Source of the DNA: an uncultured Planctomycetaceae bacterium
GTDB lineage: Bacteria > Planctomycetota > Planctomycetia > Planctomycetales > Planctomycetaceae
Reading direction: 5' to 3'
NCBI GenBank assembly: GCA_963815195.1
Contig: CAWFGE010000020.1
Span: forward strand, 320,001 to 384,000
Length of the DNA stretch: 64,000 nt
Part shown: positions 1-10,436 of the stretch, in pieces
Numbering within the stretch: the stretch's first letter is position 1
Layout of the letters: the number at the start of each line of letters is the position of its first letter
Translations under genes and position numbers: made by a program
Notes under the pieces: model-generated
Told to the model about the DNA's origin: nothing
Databases searched by the model: none
The model's input: only the letters and a program-made list of their open reading frames with translations

Positions 1-858
1 ATACAGTTCGAACCGGAGAAGCTGGAAACCGAAGGTGCCGCGGTAATGCAGCAACTTGTCCCCGCTGATCTTGCCCCAATCGACCTCCGCGGAGACCAGG
101 AATGGGCGTTTCAAAAACAGGTCGGCTCCGTAGGTCAGGTTGTAGCCCAGGTCGAAGTCTTTATCGTAAAACCACGCGGCTCCGAGGCCGCCGCGCATGG
201 CGATGTATTGGGACCCCAGGCTGTAGACGAAGTTGGCATCGCCTGTCCAGAAGTCGCCCAGCGCTTGCGGGCGGGGGCGTTTATCCTGCCAGGAGTTCAC
301 GCTGACGTCCACGCCGACGTGCCCGTTGAAACTCCACAAAAGCTGCCCGCGGATGCGTGTGAGATCGTCGAAGTCGTTTCCATACTCGCCCCGCAGCCGC
401 CCGCGGGCCCCGAACAACGGCGGCGCACCTCCACGGACCAGCGTGACTCGATAATCCGCCGGGCCATCGCTAAAGGGCTGTGATTCCAGCCCGCCGTCGT
501 CCGCGCGGACGACGATCGGCTCGACCAGGCGGAGCGGTGGCTCGGGTTCTTTCGTTTTGATGAGCGACTCGATTTTGCCCAAAAATCTCCAGCGATGAGC
601 TTTGGGAGGCACAAGCGATACCGAGGCCGGGTCGATCGGTTCAAACATCGACCAGCGTTCGGACAGGAACTTTGGCCAGCCCCAGTACATCCGCGTTTCG
701 ACGGCCGGGAATTCTTTCGACCACAGCGATTCCGCGGAAAACGGATCACTCTGAGGCGGATCGGCGTGGACGGCGGCCGCGGCCCATAGCGCGACGGCCA
801 TCCACAAGCACAAAATTCGCCGCCACGCTGACCGGCGGAGGGAGTCACACAACGGCAT
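1..858 (-). CDS. Exported hypothetical protein with probable outer-membrane beta-barrel C-terminus (runs off the left edge; not in the ORF track)
   Basis: Manual translation from ATG at 858 is open to position 1: MPLCDSLRRSAWRRILCLWMAVALWAAAAVHA (signal-peptide-like) ...RLRGEYGNDFDDLTRIRGQLLWSFNGHVGVDVSVNSW...FWTGDANFVYSLG...GYNLTYGADLF... with an alternating aromatic beta-strand pattern. Confidence 0.7.
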   Translation of the reverse strand, partial: MPLCDSLRRSAWRRILCLWMAVALWAAAAVHADPPQSDPFSAESLWSKEFPAVETRMYWGWPKFLSERWSMFEPIDPASVSLVPPKAHRWRFLGKIESLIKTKEPEPPLRLVEPIVVRADDGGLESQPFSDGPADYRVTLVRGGAPPLFGARGRLRGEYGNDFDDLTRIRGQLLWSFNGHVGVDVSVNSWQDKRPRPQALGDFWTGDANFVYSLGSQYIAMRGGLGAAWFYDKDFDLGYNLTYGADLFLKRPFLVSAEVDWGKISGDKLLHYRGTFGFQLLRFELY

Positions 859-1144
859 CGGTTGGGTGCCCTTCGGAGTTCTGAAGAGATATTAAGAAAG
901 AAGCGAGTTTCGAAATCCAGCGCGGCTGGATCGGCGAGGAATTGGAGACGGTTTCGATGGATGAGAGAAGCGGAGAGGGCGGGAATGTATTTCAGATAGC
1001 AGCGGAGTGTCAATGGCGGGTCGAGAGCGGCGATTTGTAATTCCTACAATTCCGGGTCTCGTTTTGTCATTTTCCACGCCCGGCCACGCATGCGGTGCGA
1101 ACTCGATCGAATCCGGTATGGGGCGAATTCCCTGAAAATCCCGC

Positions 1145-1726
1145 TTGTTTCGGGGCAAAGGCACGGCGGGATCGGGATTCTCCGGCGTTCCTGGTCAGAA
1201 ATGGCATGGCATCTGCTTGGTTTTCGGCGGGGGCCAGGGAGATCCCCTTGCCGATGCGGTCCTCGCAACCGATAATGAAATTCCGCGGGATGGCTTTTCC
1301 ATCTCTGTTGAATCCTCAGTTGTCGGAGCGAAGAGCGTGGCGAGGGGTGGCCGCAAGGATCTGGACGATCTCTTCCAAAACTTCACTGAATCCGGATTGC
1401 TGATTCTGGGACTGGTGTTGGTGGTCGCGCTTGGGATTTGGGTCATTTCACGGATTCGATCCCGTTTGGCCGATGATGAGGGTTCTCAGGCGGGCGATCA
1501 CCGATTGTTGTCGCAATTGGCAGATCTGCACGAGCAAGGTGACCTGACGGAAGAAGAATACCGATCCATCAAAGGTCGGTTGGTAGAATGTATCGACGAC
1601 TCTATGCCCGCCAAGGGGGAGACTCCTCCCAGCCTCCACGCTTCCCAAACCGCCAAATCGAAGGATGCGGCCGAATGGGAAACCGGAGGGGAGGAATCCA
1701 AACCGCGGGACGCATCGGGCGGTTGA
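1145..1726 (+). CDS. Membrane protein with SHOCT-like domain (start uncertain)
   Basis: TM segment GLLILGLVLVVALGIWVI followed by LSQLADLHEQGDLTEEEYRSIKGRL (SHOCT pattern). Confidence 0.6.
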   Translation: MFRGKGTAGSGFSGVPGQKWHGICLVFGGGQGDPLADAVLATDNEIPRDGFSISVESSVVGAKSVARGGRKDLDDLFQNFTESGLLILGLVLVVALGIWVISRIRSRLADDEGSQAGDHRLLSQLADLHEQGDLTEEEYRSIKGRLVECIDDSMPAKGETPPSLHASQTAKSKDAAEWETGGEESKPRDASGG

Positions 1727-1898
1727 GCGCATCCATGCCGGCATTCAACTCGTCCGCGTCCGTTTCCGTGCCAGGCGCAGTCCGTTGGCGGGGAGTCAGC
1801 AGCAGTGAGGCCGTGGATTTAGGGTTTGCAGGGATGCGAACAAGGAACGGAGAGGACTTTTATTCCCCTGGCACAATCGGCAACGATGAAGGAAACGC

Positions 1899-3176
1899 AT
1901 GCCCTCCAATAACGACTTCAATCCCGGGAAACGCGGCTCAGGCAAAAAGAACGCCAACTGTTCCTTTTGCCGCAAAAGCTACCGAGAGGTCGGCCCGCTG
2001 GTCGAAGGACCAGACGACGTTTACATCTGCGGCGAATGCATCGAACTCTGCCAGTCCATCCTGGACCAGGAACGCAGACGCCGCGGACCGGCCAAACAAC
2101 TCTTCACCCAAGTCCCCACTCCGCGGGAAATCGTCACCCATCTCAACGACTACGTCATCGGCCAGGAGCACACCAAGAAAGTGCTCGCGGTCGCCGTCCA
2201 CAACCACTACAAACGCTTGATGCTCCGCGAAGATTCCAGCAGCGACGTGGAGATCGAAAAGTCCAACATCCTGTTTATCGGACCCACCGGCTGCGGGAAA
2301 ACCCTGCTGGCCCGCACATTGGCCCGGTATCTTCAGGTCCCGTTTGCCATCGGCGACGCCACGACGCTCACCGAAGCCGGCTACGTCGGCGAGGATGTGG
2401 AAAACCTGCTTTTGAAGCTCCTTCACGCCGCGGACTTCGACATCGAATCCGCCCAGCGCGGGATCTTGTTCATCGATGAAATCGACAAGATCGGCAAGAC
2501 CAGCCAGAACGTCTCGATCACCCGCGACGTGTCCGGCGAAGGCGTGCAGCAGGCCCTTCTGAAAATGCTCGAAGGCACCGTCGCCAACGTCCCGCCCCAA
2601 GGCGGCCGCAAGCATCCCGAGCAGCAATACATCCAGATCGACACGACCAACATCCTGTTCATCTGCGGCGGCACGTTTGTGGGCCTCGAAGACATTATCG
2701 CCAAACGGCTGGGCAAGAAGACGATCGGCTTCGGGCCGTCGGTCGGCGATTCGATGGCCGCCCGCGACCGCGAATTGCTTTCCCAAGCCGCGGTCGACGA
2801 TGTCCTCGAGTTCGGGTTGATTCCCGAACTCGTCGGCCGGCTGCCGGTGATCAGCGCCCTCACGCAGCTTTCCGTGGAGGATCTCGTTCGCATCCTGACG
2901 GAACCGAAGAACTCCCTCGTTCGGCAATATCAGAAATTCTTCGAGATGGAAGGGGCCGAACTGGACTTCACCGAAGGGGCCCTCCGGGAAATCGCCGAAA
3001 TCGCCAAACGCAAAGAAACCGGTGCCCGCGGCCTCCGCAGCGTGGTCGAAGAGACCATGTTCGAATTGATGTACGAACTCCCCGAGCAGGAAGCCGGCCG
3101 GAAATATGTGCTCACCCGCGAAATGATTCGCGGCGAGGAATCCATCTTCCCCAAGGGCGACTCCGCCGCCGCGTAG
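1899..3176 (+). CDS. clpX: ATP-dependent Clp protease ATP-binding subunit ClpX
   Basis: C4 zinc finger CSFC...ICGEC, Walker [34 protein letters not shown] loop, GARGLR. Confidence 0.98.
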   Translation: MPSNNDFNPGKRGSGKKNANCSFCRKSYREVGPLVEGPDDVYICGECIELCQSILDQERRRRGPAKQLFTQVPTPREIVTHLNDYVIGQEHTKKVLAVAVHNHYKRLMLREDSSSDVEIEKSNILFIGPTGCGKTLLARTLARYLQVPFAIGDATTLTEAGYVGEDVENLLLKLLHAADFDIESAQRGILFIDEIDKIGKTSQNVSITRDVSGEGVQQALLKMLEGTVANVPPQGGRKHPEQQYIQIDTTNILFICGGTFVGLEDIIAKRLGKKTIGFGPSVGDSMAARDRELLSQAAVDDVLEFGLIPELVGRLPVISALTQLSVEDLVRILTEPKNSLVRQYQKFFEMEGAELDFTEGALREIAEIAKRKETGARGLRSVVEETMFELMYELPEQEAGRKYVLTREMIRGEESIFPKGDSAAA

Positions 3177-3203
3177 TGCCTTCCTCGTTCGATTCCCTAT
3201 AAT

Positions 3204-3254
3204 AACCAGGACACGAAGTCGCCAAAGGCTTCGTGTCCTGGTTTTTGTTTTTTT
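3204..3254 (+). terminator. Intrinsic terminator-like hairpin after clpX
   Basis: 15-bp perfect inverted repeat AACCAGGACACGAAG (3204-3218) / CTTCGTGTCCTGGTT (3229-3243) followed by a T-rich tract. Confidence 0.7.
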
Positions 3255-3271
3255 CTCCATCGGGAAGCAGG

Positions 3272-6200
3272 ATGAGTCTGAAGAATTCGCCGAGCGAATT
3301 GTTGTCGGAATCCGTGCCGGAAGAGGACGCCCTGGCGCTCTTGCGGTCGGTGAATTTTGAGCGGCCGGAAGAGGCGCTCGGGCGGCTGCGGGGAATGCCT
3401 CAAGATGCCGCCGGCTTGAAGGCGCTCGGGGAATCCCTGCCCATGCTGCTGCATGCGCTGTCCGGCGCGGCCACGCCCGACGGCTCGCTGGTCAACTTCG
3501 AGCGGTTCGTGCAATGCGTCGAGGACCGCAACGGCCTGTTCCGATATCTGGCGGCCTATCCGCGGGCGGTCGAGATCTTGATCAAGCTGTTCGTGGGCAG
3601 CCAGTTTTTGACGGAAATCCTCCTGCGGAATCCGGAATATCTCGCCAAGCTCACCAACCACAAACGGCTCGCGGAATTCAAAAGCCGGGATCAGTTTTAC
3701 AGCGAAGCCCAAGCCGCCGCCGCGGAGTTCGCGGACATGCCCGACAAGCTGGACGCCCTCCGCCGCTGCCAGCATTGGGAACTCCTCCGCATCGGAGCCT
3801 GCGACGCGTTTGGGCTGTTGGATTTGAAGTCGGTCACCGTGCAGTTGTCGCTGCTCACCGACAGCATCGTGCAGGCGTGCCTGGCCTTGATGGCCGGCGA
3901 CCTCGAACTTTCGCTCGACGGATTTGTCGTGCTGGCGTTCGGGAAGCTGGGCGGGGAAGAACTCAATTACAGCTCCGACATCGATCTGGTGTTTCTCGCC
4001 GGCAGCGACGCCACCCGCTATTGGCCCTTAGGCCAGAAGCTGATCAAAGCCCTCACCGAAGCGACCGGCGAAGGGTTTTTGTACCGCGTGGACATGAGGC
4101 TTAGGCCGTGGGGCAAATCGGGGGCCCTCGTGAATACCGTCGATTCCCATTTGCAGTACCTGCAAAAGCACGGCCGGCATTGGGAAATGCAAGCCCTCCT
4201 CAAAGCCCGGCCGATCGCGGGGAACCTCGCCGTGGGCCGGGAGTTTCTGCTGCGCGTGCGGCCGTTGATGTTCGGCACGCCGATCGAGGAACTCCGCCAG
4301 AGTGTTCGCGGCATGAAGGACCGCATCGAAGCCGAGCTCAAAAAACAAGGCCGGAAATGGGGCGAGGTCAAAGCCGGCACCGGTTCGATTCGGGACGTGG
4401 AATTCACCACGCAGTTTCTCCAGCTCGCGCACGGCGGAAAGCATCCCGAAGTCCTCAGCTTCAACACCTTGGACGGCCTCGTGCGGCTTGCGGACTTTGG
4501 ATTCATCCAGGCCGATGAATACCGCCAACTGACCAGCGGCTATGTCTTTTTGCGGACGGTCGAGCATGCGTTGCAGCTCATGCACCACAAACAGACGCAT
4601 TCGCTCCCGGAAAGCCAGCGCGAATTGGCCTACCTGGCCCGCAGGCTGGATTATCCCAACGCGAAAGAGTTCTTGCTGCATTACGAACGCCACTGCACCG
4701 CGATCCGCCGGGTTTACGAACGCTACATCGGCGGTGTGGACCGCCCGCCCGAAAGCGAACTCCGGGCCCCGTCCGATCAACTGCTGAGCCACTTGGAGCA
4801 CATGGAGCCTTCGTATGTCGAGACCTTCTCAGAGAACGAAATCGCCCAGCATGCGAAAATGCTGGGTCGGCTTTCCCCGGACAACCTCATCGAAATCCAA
4901 GCCGAGGCGCTGAGCGACAAACTCTGGAAAGTCACGCTCGCGGGCTACGACTTGCCCGGCGACTTGTCCATGATCTGCGGCCTGTTTTTTGTGTATGGGT
5001 TTAATATCGTCGGCGGGAACGTCTTCACCGAAGAATCCTTCGTGGGCTCCGCCCACGCCCGGCGCCGGGCCGCGGGGGAATCAAACCTCAAAGGCGGTTT
5101 GTGAACGTGTTCTCGGTTCGGCCGCCGCTCGATCTCGTGTTGGACAAGGTCTGGCAGCGGTACCACGGCGACCTGGTGGAATTGCTCCACTTGATCGCCC
5201 AAGGCGAGCAGCGCAAAGCCCAGGGCAAGCTGGCCAAACGCATGGCCGTCGGACTGCGGTCGATCCCCAGTCCGCCGCCCGTGCTGTTTCCCGTCGATAT
5301 CGAAATCGACAACGACAGCTCCGAGAATTACACCGTGATGCACATCCGCGGCACGGACACCATCGGCTTTCTGTATGAGTTATCCAACGCCCTCAACCTC
5401 GCGGAAATCGACATCGCCCGCGTCATCATCAGTCTCGGTCGGGGACAGCGTGTTCGATACGCTGTACGTCACCGATCAGAACAAGCTCAAGATCACCGAT
5501 GAGAGCCGGCTCAAAGAACTCCGGGCGGCGGTCGTGCTCATCAAACACTTCACCCATTTGCTGCCCGGCTCTCCCAACCCCGAGACGGCACTACTCCAGT
5601 TTCGCGAGCTTTTGGAAGAGCTGTTCAAGCGCGAAAACTGGTACGAAGAGTTGTCTTCGCTCAACCGCTTCGACGTGCTCGACGCCCTGGCCCGTTTGCT
5701 CGGCGTGAGCACGTTTTTGTGGGAGGATTTTTTGCGGCTGCAGCACGAGAATCTGTTTCCCGTGGTCACCGACACCGAAGCCTTGGCCCACCGCAAACCC
5801 AAAGCCGACCTGGAACGGGAACTCGGCGCGCTTTTGGAAAAGGCCGGGGATTTCGACGCCCGCACCGCCGAGCTCAACGCCTTCAAGGACCGCGAAATGT
5901 TCCGCACCGACATGCGGCACATCATGGGCTACATCGGCGGGTTCGGGGAGTTCTCGGAAGAACTGGCGGACGTCGCTGACGCCGTCGTCGCCGGAGCCAC
6001 GCAGATTTGCAGCGTCGAATTGCAGAAACGCTTCGGTGTGCCGCGGTTGGAGAGCGGCGGCATCGCCCCCTTGTCCATTTGCGCCTTGGGCAAATGCGGC
6101 GGGCGGGAATTGGGATACGCTTCGGACATCGAATTGATGTTCCTTTACGAAGACGCCGGCTGGACCGACGGGGCAGAGTCCATCACCGTGGCGGAGTATT

Positions 6201-6925
6201 ATCAGCGGCTGGTGGAGCTGTTTCGGCAGACCATCAAAGCCCGGCAGGAGGGGATTTTTCAGGTGGACTTAAGGCTCAGACCCTACGGGCGGGCCGGGAG
6301 CCTGGCCGTCTCGCTCGATGCGTTCCAGCAATACTTCGGACCCGACGGAGCCGCCTGGCCTTACGAACGCCAGGCCCTCGTCAAGCTTCGCCCCGTCGCG
6401 GGCGATCGCAACTTCGGCGAACGGATCACCGCGATCCGCGATCAACTCATTTACACCGGCGAACCGTTCGACGTGGCCGCGATGCGCGGCATGCGGGAAA
6501 AGCAAGTCCTGCAACTCGTCAAAGCCGAGACGATCAACGCCAAGCTCAGCCCCGGCGGACTCGTGGACTGCGAATACCTCGTGCAAGGCCTGCAAATTAC
6601 GCACGGCCACCGCCATCCCGGCTTGAGAACCACGAATACTCTCAAAGCCCTCTCCGCGCTCGCGGACTTGGGAATCATTTCCGCCGTCGATTACGCCGAG
6701 CTTCGCGAAGCCTACATTTTTCTGAGGCGGCTGATCGACGGCCTCCGCATGGTCCGCGGGCACGCCAAAGACCTCACCGTCCCCCCGCCCGACAGCGAGG
6801 AGTTCGAATTCCTGGCCCGGAGGCTCGGCTACGGCAACGACGCCGCCCGCCTCAAACGCAACCTCGACCGCTCCACCGAATGCGTCCGCGAACTCAGCCT
6901 CCTCCTGGAACCCGCCGCCCCATAA
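3272..6925 (+). CDS. glnE: Bifunctional glutamine synthetase adenylyltransferase/deadenylase with internal ACT-like region; two apparent frameshifts (~5090, ~5432)
   Basis: Two nucleotidyltransferase modules (GKLGGEELNYSSDIDL...RVDMRLRPWG and GKCGGRELGYASDIEL...VDLRLRPYG) spread over ORFs 3233..5104, 5101..5502 and 5375..6925. Confidence 0.9.
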
Positions 6926-7103
6926 CAGCCGGAAACAGGAATCATAACCCACCCCGCATCTGTTCCCGGGTCGCGGAACGCAGCGGCCGTTCAAAGGGTG
7001 GGCAATACTCTTTACAAGTCGCAACGTTTCGATATATTGTAATAATGTCATCGATCGTCGAGACCCCAATTCGCCATCATCATCGAGCCACTGAGGATCA
7101 ACC

Positions 7104-7661
7104 ATGAAGCAGAATTATCGCCTGGGAGTTTTTGTCGCCTGTTTGGTTGCCGTTGTGATGGCCGCGGCCGCAAAGCCGAAATCCGACGACTCGGAATCGC
7201 CCCGGATCGAAGGGCACGGCCGGGTGACGCCGTTTCCCGATGCCCCGGAGCAACCCCGCGACGGCTCGAAGTTTGTCGTCGATCTCACCGCGGGCGGACC
7301 CCCCAAAGAACTCAGCAAAGGTCTGGACAAGGTCGCCCGGTTTGTGAACATCTACAGCCAGGCGGGAAAAAAGCCGGCCCGCGCCCGAATCAGCGTGGTG
7401 CTCCACGGCGATGCCACGAACTTGGCTTTGAACGATGCCGCTTACGCCGCCGCATTTCAAACCGAGGCCAATCCGAATTTGCCCTTGCTGCGGGAACTCC
7501 AGAAAGCCGGCGTCGAGTTTGTGGTGTGCGGCCAGGCGCTCACGCTCAAGGGTTATCAGCCCAAGCAAGCGGCTGAGGAAGTCCAAGTGGCCGTGTCCGG
7601 CTTGACGGCTCTCGTCAATCGCCAGGAGGACGGCTACGCCTATGTCCCGCTGACGAAGTAG
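7104..7661 (+). CDS. Secreted DsrE/DsrF-like family protein
   Basis: Signal peptide; VVLHG...NPNLPLLRELQKAGVEFVVCGQAL...QEDGYAYV; GAGGA RBS. Confidence 0.8.
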   Translation: MKQNYRLGVFVACLVAVVMAAAAKPKSDDSESPRIEGHGRVTPFPDAPEQPRDGSKFVVDLTAGGPPKELSKGLDKVARFVNIYSQAGKKPARARISVVLHGDATNLALNDAAYAAAFQTEANPNLPLLRELQKAGVEFVVCGQALTLKGYQPKQAAEEVQVAVSGLTALVNRQEDGYAYVPLTK

Positions 7662-7789
7662 CCTCGACCATCGGGACCCGGAGGCGACGGCATCGGCGCT
7701 CACATCACGGGGGGCAGTTTGTCGATTCAGCGGTTTCTGGATTCGACGCCATTCGCGACAAACTGACCCGCAAATTCGGCTTCAATGCA

Positions 7790-8688
7790 CTATTCGATGA
7801 TTTTGTTGATCGAGTATTCCACGATGCCCCGCGCGCCCGCGGCTTTGAGTTTGGGGATAATCGTGCGGACGAAGGACTCCGCCACGATCGCCGTGACATC
7901 CACCCAATCCGGATCGGACAGCGACGACACCGTAGGCGATTGAAGCGCGGGCAGTTGACCCAAAACTTCCTGCAGATTGTCCCGGCGGACGTTCATCATC
8001 AGCCCGACTTTGCCCTCCGCGGCGAGGCAGGATTCCAGCATGAGCGCGATGTTGTCCAGCTTTTCGCGAATCCAGGGGTCTTCGTAGGATTTTCTGTTGG
8101 CGATGAAGCGGGTCGTGCTTTGGATGACCTCGGCCACGATCCGCAGGTTGTTCGCCCGCAGCGAATTTCCGGTCTCGGTGACTTCCACGATCGCATCGGC
8201 CAATCGCGGCGGCTTGACTTCGGTCGCGCCCAGGAAAACTCCACCTTCGCGGTGACGCCGTGCTTTTCGAGGAAGCGCTTCGTAAGGCCCACGGCTTCCG
8301 TGGCGATCCGTTTTCCTTCCAGATCCTTCACGGTCTTCACTGGGGAATCTTCCGGCACGCAGAGCACCCACCGCACCGGGCGGCGGCTGACTTTCGAGAA
8401 CACCAGCTCGCAAATCTCATAAACGTCGGCTTCGGTTTCCAAGACCCAATCGTGCCCCGTGATCCCGGCATCCAAAATGCCTTCCTCGACGTACCGGGCC
8501 ATCTCCTGGGCGCGGATCAACAGGCATTCGATGTCCTCATCGTCGATGTCGGGATAATACGAGCGCGAGGAGAATTTGATCTTGTAACCCGCCCGGCGAA
8601 AAAGCTCCGCGGTCGCGTCCTGCAAGCTTCCCGCAGGAATCCCGAGCTTCAGCCGACGCTTAGTTTCTGTGGTTTCGGTGTCCGACAT
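7790..8688 (-). CDS. hisG: ATP phosphoribosyltransferase (long form); one frameshift at ~8230
   Basis: [10 protein letters not shown]...[10 protein letters not shown]...DAGITG then [29 protein letters not shown] and the C-terminal regulatory domain; adding one G to TGGG restores SWGATEVKP. Confidence 0.92.
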
Positions 8689-8703
8689 TGTGCTTTCTTA
8701 ACC

Positions 8704-8770
8704 AGTAGGGTGGGCACCGCCCACCAATGCAAAGCCAATTTGAAATCTGGTGGGCGGTGCCCACCCTACT
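8704..8770. repeat. REP doublet (REPIN-like), GTAG-type palindromes
   Basis: Perfect 23-bp inverted repeat AGTAGGGTGGGCACCGCCCACCA (8704-8726) / TGGTGGGCGGTGCCCACCCTACT (8748-8770); each arm is internally palindromic and starts with GTAG. Confidence 0.8.
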
Positions 8771-8843
8771 TTTACTTCGTTTCTGTGGTTTCGGTGTCCG
8801 ACATGGTTTCTCTTAGAAATTGCAGGTCCCAGATTCTTCGTTA

Positions 8844-9164
8844 TTAATCTTCGTCGGTATAGGAACCTTCGATGGAGTGCTTCTCGTCCGCGAGATTTTC
8901 AAGAAACTCCTGTCGGATCCTGGCGATAATCCAGCGCTCCGACCAATCATGGCTCTGATGTAAACCGTTGGCGACGTGACGAGCCAAATCAGCGAGCAGA
9001 TGCCCCCAGACCTCGGGTTCCTTTCTTCCATCGTCTTCCGAATCTTGCCGCAGGCCGCCCAACAATATTGAGACATGGAGTTCCCCATGGGCGAGCCAAA
9101 CGCGGATCATCTCCGTGGCATCGTCATCTCCCGCAATCTCCGGTGGCTTATCGAGTTCGTGCAT
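8844..9164 (-). CDS. DUF5076-like protein
   Basis: ATEMIRVWLAHGELHVSI...EPEVWGHLLADLARHVANGL pattern. Confidence 0.7.
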   Translation of the reverse strand: MHELDKPPEIAGDDDATEMIRVWLAHGELHVSILLGGLRQDSEDDGRKEPEVWGHLLADLARHVANGLHQSHDWSERWIIARIRQEFLENLADEKHSIEGSYTDED

Positions 9165-9172
9165 GCTGATCG

Positions 9173-9568
9173 TTACTTCTTGTTATAAACCGCCTTGGGA
9201 TCGAACACGCGTTCGCCGATGACGCTGATTTCCTTCGTCGCGGGGTCGATCTGGCGGAAGAAGCAGCTTTTGTAGCCTTCGTGGCAGGCGGCACCGCCGA
9301 CTTGCTCGACTTGGATCAACACCGTATCGCGGTCGCAGTCGAAATAAATGGCTTTGACGTTTTGGACGTTGCCGCTCTCTTCGCCTTTCCGCCAGAGCTT
9401 GTTTCGGCTGCGGCTATAGTAGCAGACTCTGCCCGTCTTGAGCGTTTCGTTCCAGGCTTCGCGGTTCATATACGCCAGCATCAATACGTCCCCGTTGCCG
9501 GCATCCTGGGCGATCACGGGAATCAGCGGCGACTTCTCAAAATCCGGCTCGTTTGCTTGCTCAGTCAC
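9173..9568 (-). CDS. hisI: Phosphoribosyl-AMP cyclohydrolase
   Basis: LIPVIAQD...LMLAYMN...[18 protein letters not shown]...DCDRD...[10 protein letters not shown]. Confidence 0.95.
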   Translation of the reverse strand: MTEQANEPDFEKSPLIPVIAQDAGNGDVLMLAYMNREAWNETLKTGRVCYYSRSRNKLWRKGEESGNVQNVKAIYFDCDRDTVLIQVEQVGGAACHEGYKSCFFRQIDPATKEISVIGERVFDPKAVYNKK

Positions 9569-9809
9569 AATCAAAATCCTCGGTTGTTTTATCGCTGTTT
9601 CAATGCAATTCTTCGCGTCTTGGTGGTAAAGACGTTTTCGGGCATTCTCACTTCCCCCATTCGGCCCGTTCGCCTAGTATCTGCGCTATTGACGGAACTT
9701 GCAAGCACCCCTCGCCGGGGCTTTTTCCTGTTTTTTGAGATGCAGCCCGGCGAGCGCGGCGAATTTCAATCGAAAACTGAGAACCCGAACCGAAAGGAGT
9801 TTTTCTTCG

Positions 9810-10421
9810 ATGGCCGAACAAAAAGCAACCAACGTCACCTGGCACGAGCACCATGTTTCCAAGGCGGAACGTGAAAAACTCAACGGGCACCCGGGCAGCG
9901 TGCTGTGGTTCACGGGGTTGTCCGGCTGCGGCAAAAGCACCGTCGCCAACACCGTCGACCACATTTTGTACTCCCAAGGCAAACGCAGCTTCGTCCTCGA
10001 CGGCGACAATGTCCGCATGGGCCTGAACAAAAATCTGGGCTTCTCGCCGGAAGACCGGACCGAAAATATCCGCCGCATCGGCGAAGTCGCCAAGCTGTTC
10101 GCGAGTGCGGGGATCATCACGAGCACGGCGTTCATTTCCCCCTACAAAGCCGACCGCGACCTGGTCCGCGAACTTCTTCAGCCGGGCGAGTTCATTGAAA
10201 TCTACGTGAAGGCGTCGCTGGAAACCTGCGAAGCCCGCGATCCCAAGGGCCTTTATAAAAAAGCCCGCGCCGGGGAAATCAAAGGTTTTACGGGCATCGA
10301 CGCCCCCTACGAAGCCCCCGAAAGCCCGGAATTGGTCCTGGACTCCGACAGCAAAGGCATCGACGAACTGGCCCAGGAAGTCGTGGCGTACCTGGAAAGC
10401 CACAAACGGCTTTCGCTGTGA
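9810..10421 (+). CDS. cysC: Adenylyl-sulfate kinase
   Basis: [54 protein letters not shown]. Confidence 0.97.
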   Translation: MAEQKATNVTWHEHHVSKAEREKLNGHPGSVLWFTGLSGCGKSTVANTVDHILYSQGKRSFVLDGDNVRMGLNKNLGFSPEDRTENIRRIGEVAKLFASAGIITSTAFISPYKADRDLVRELLQPGEFIEIYVKASLETCEARDPKGLYKKARAGEIKGFTGIDAPYEAPESPELVLDSDSKGIDELAQEVVAYLESHKRLSL

Positions 10422-10436
10422 GTCGTTTCGGCCAAC

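Noticed and set aside
5080..5440. Programmed frameshifting in glnE
   Set aside because: No slippery heptamer is evident, and similar indels are scattered through unrelated genes, which favours assembly error.
8772..8804. [10 protein letters not shown] mini-ORF as a histidine attenuator leader
   Set aside because: It contains no His codons and is an exact copy of the HisG N-terminus; the following hairpin is a REP doublet.
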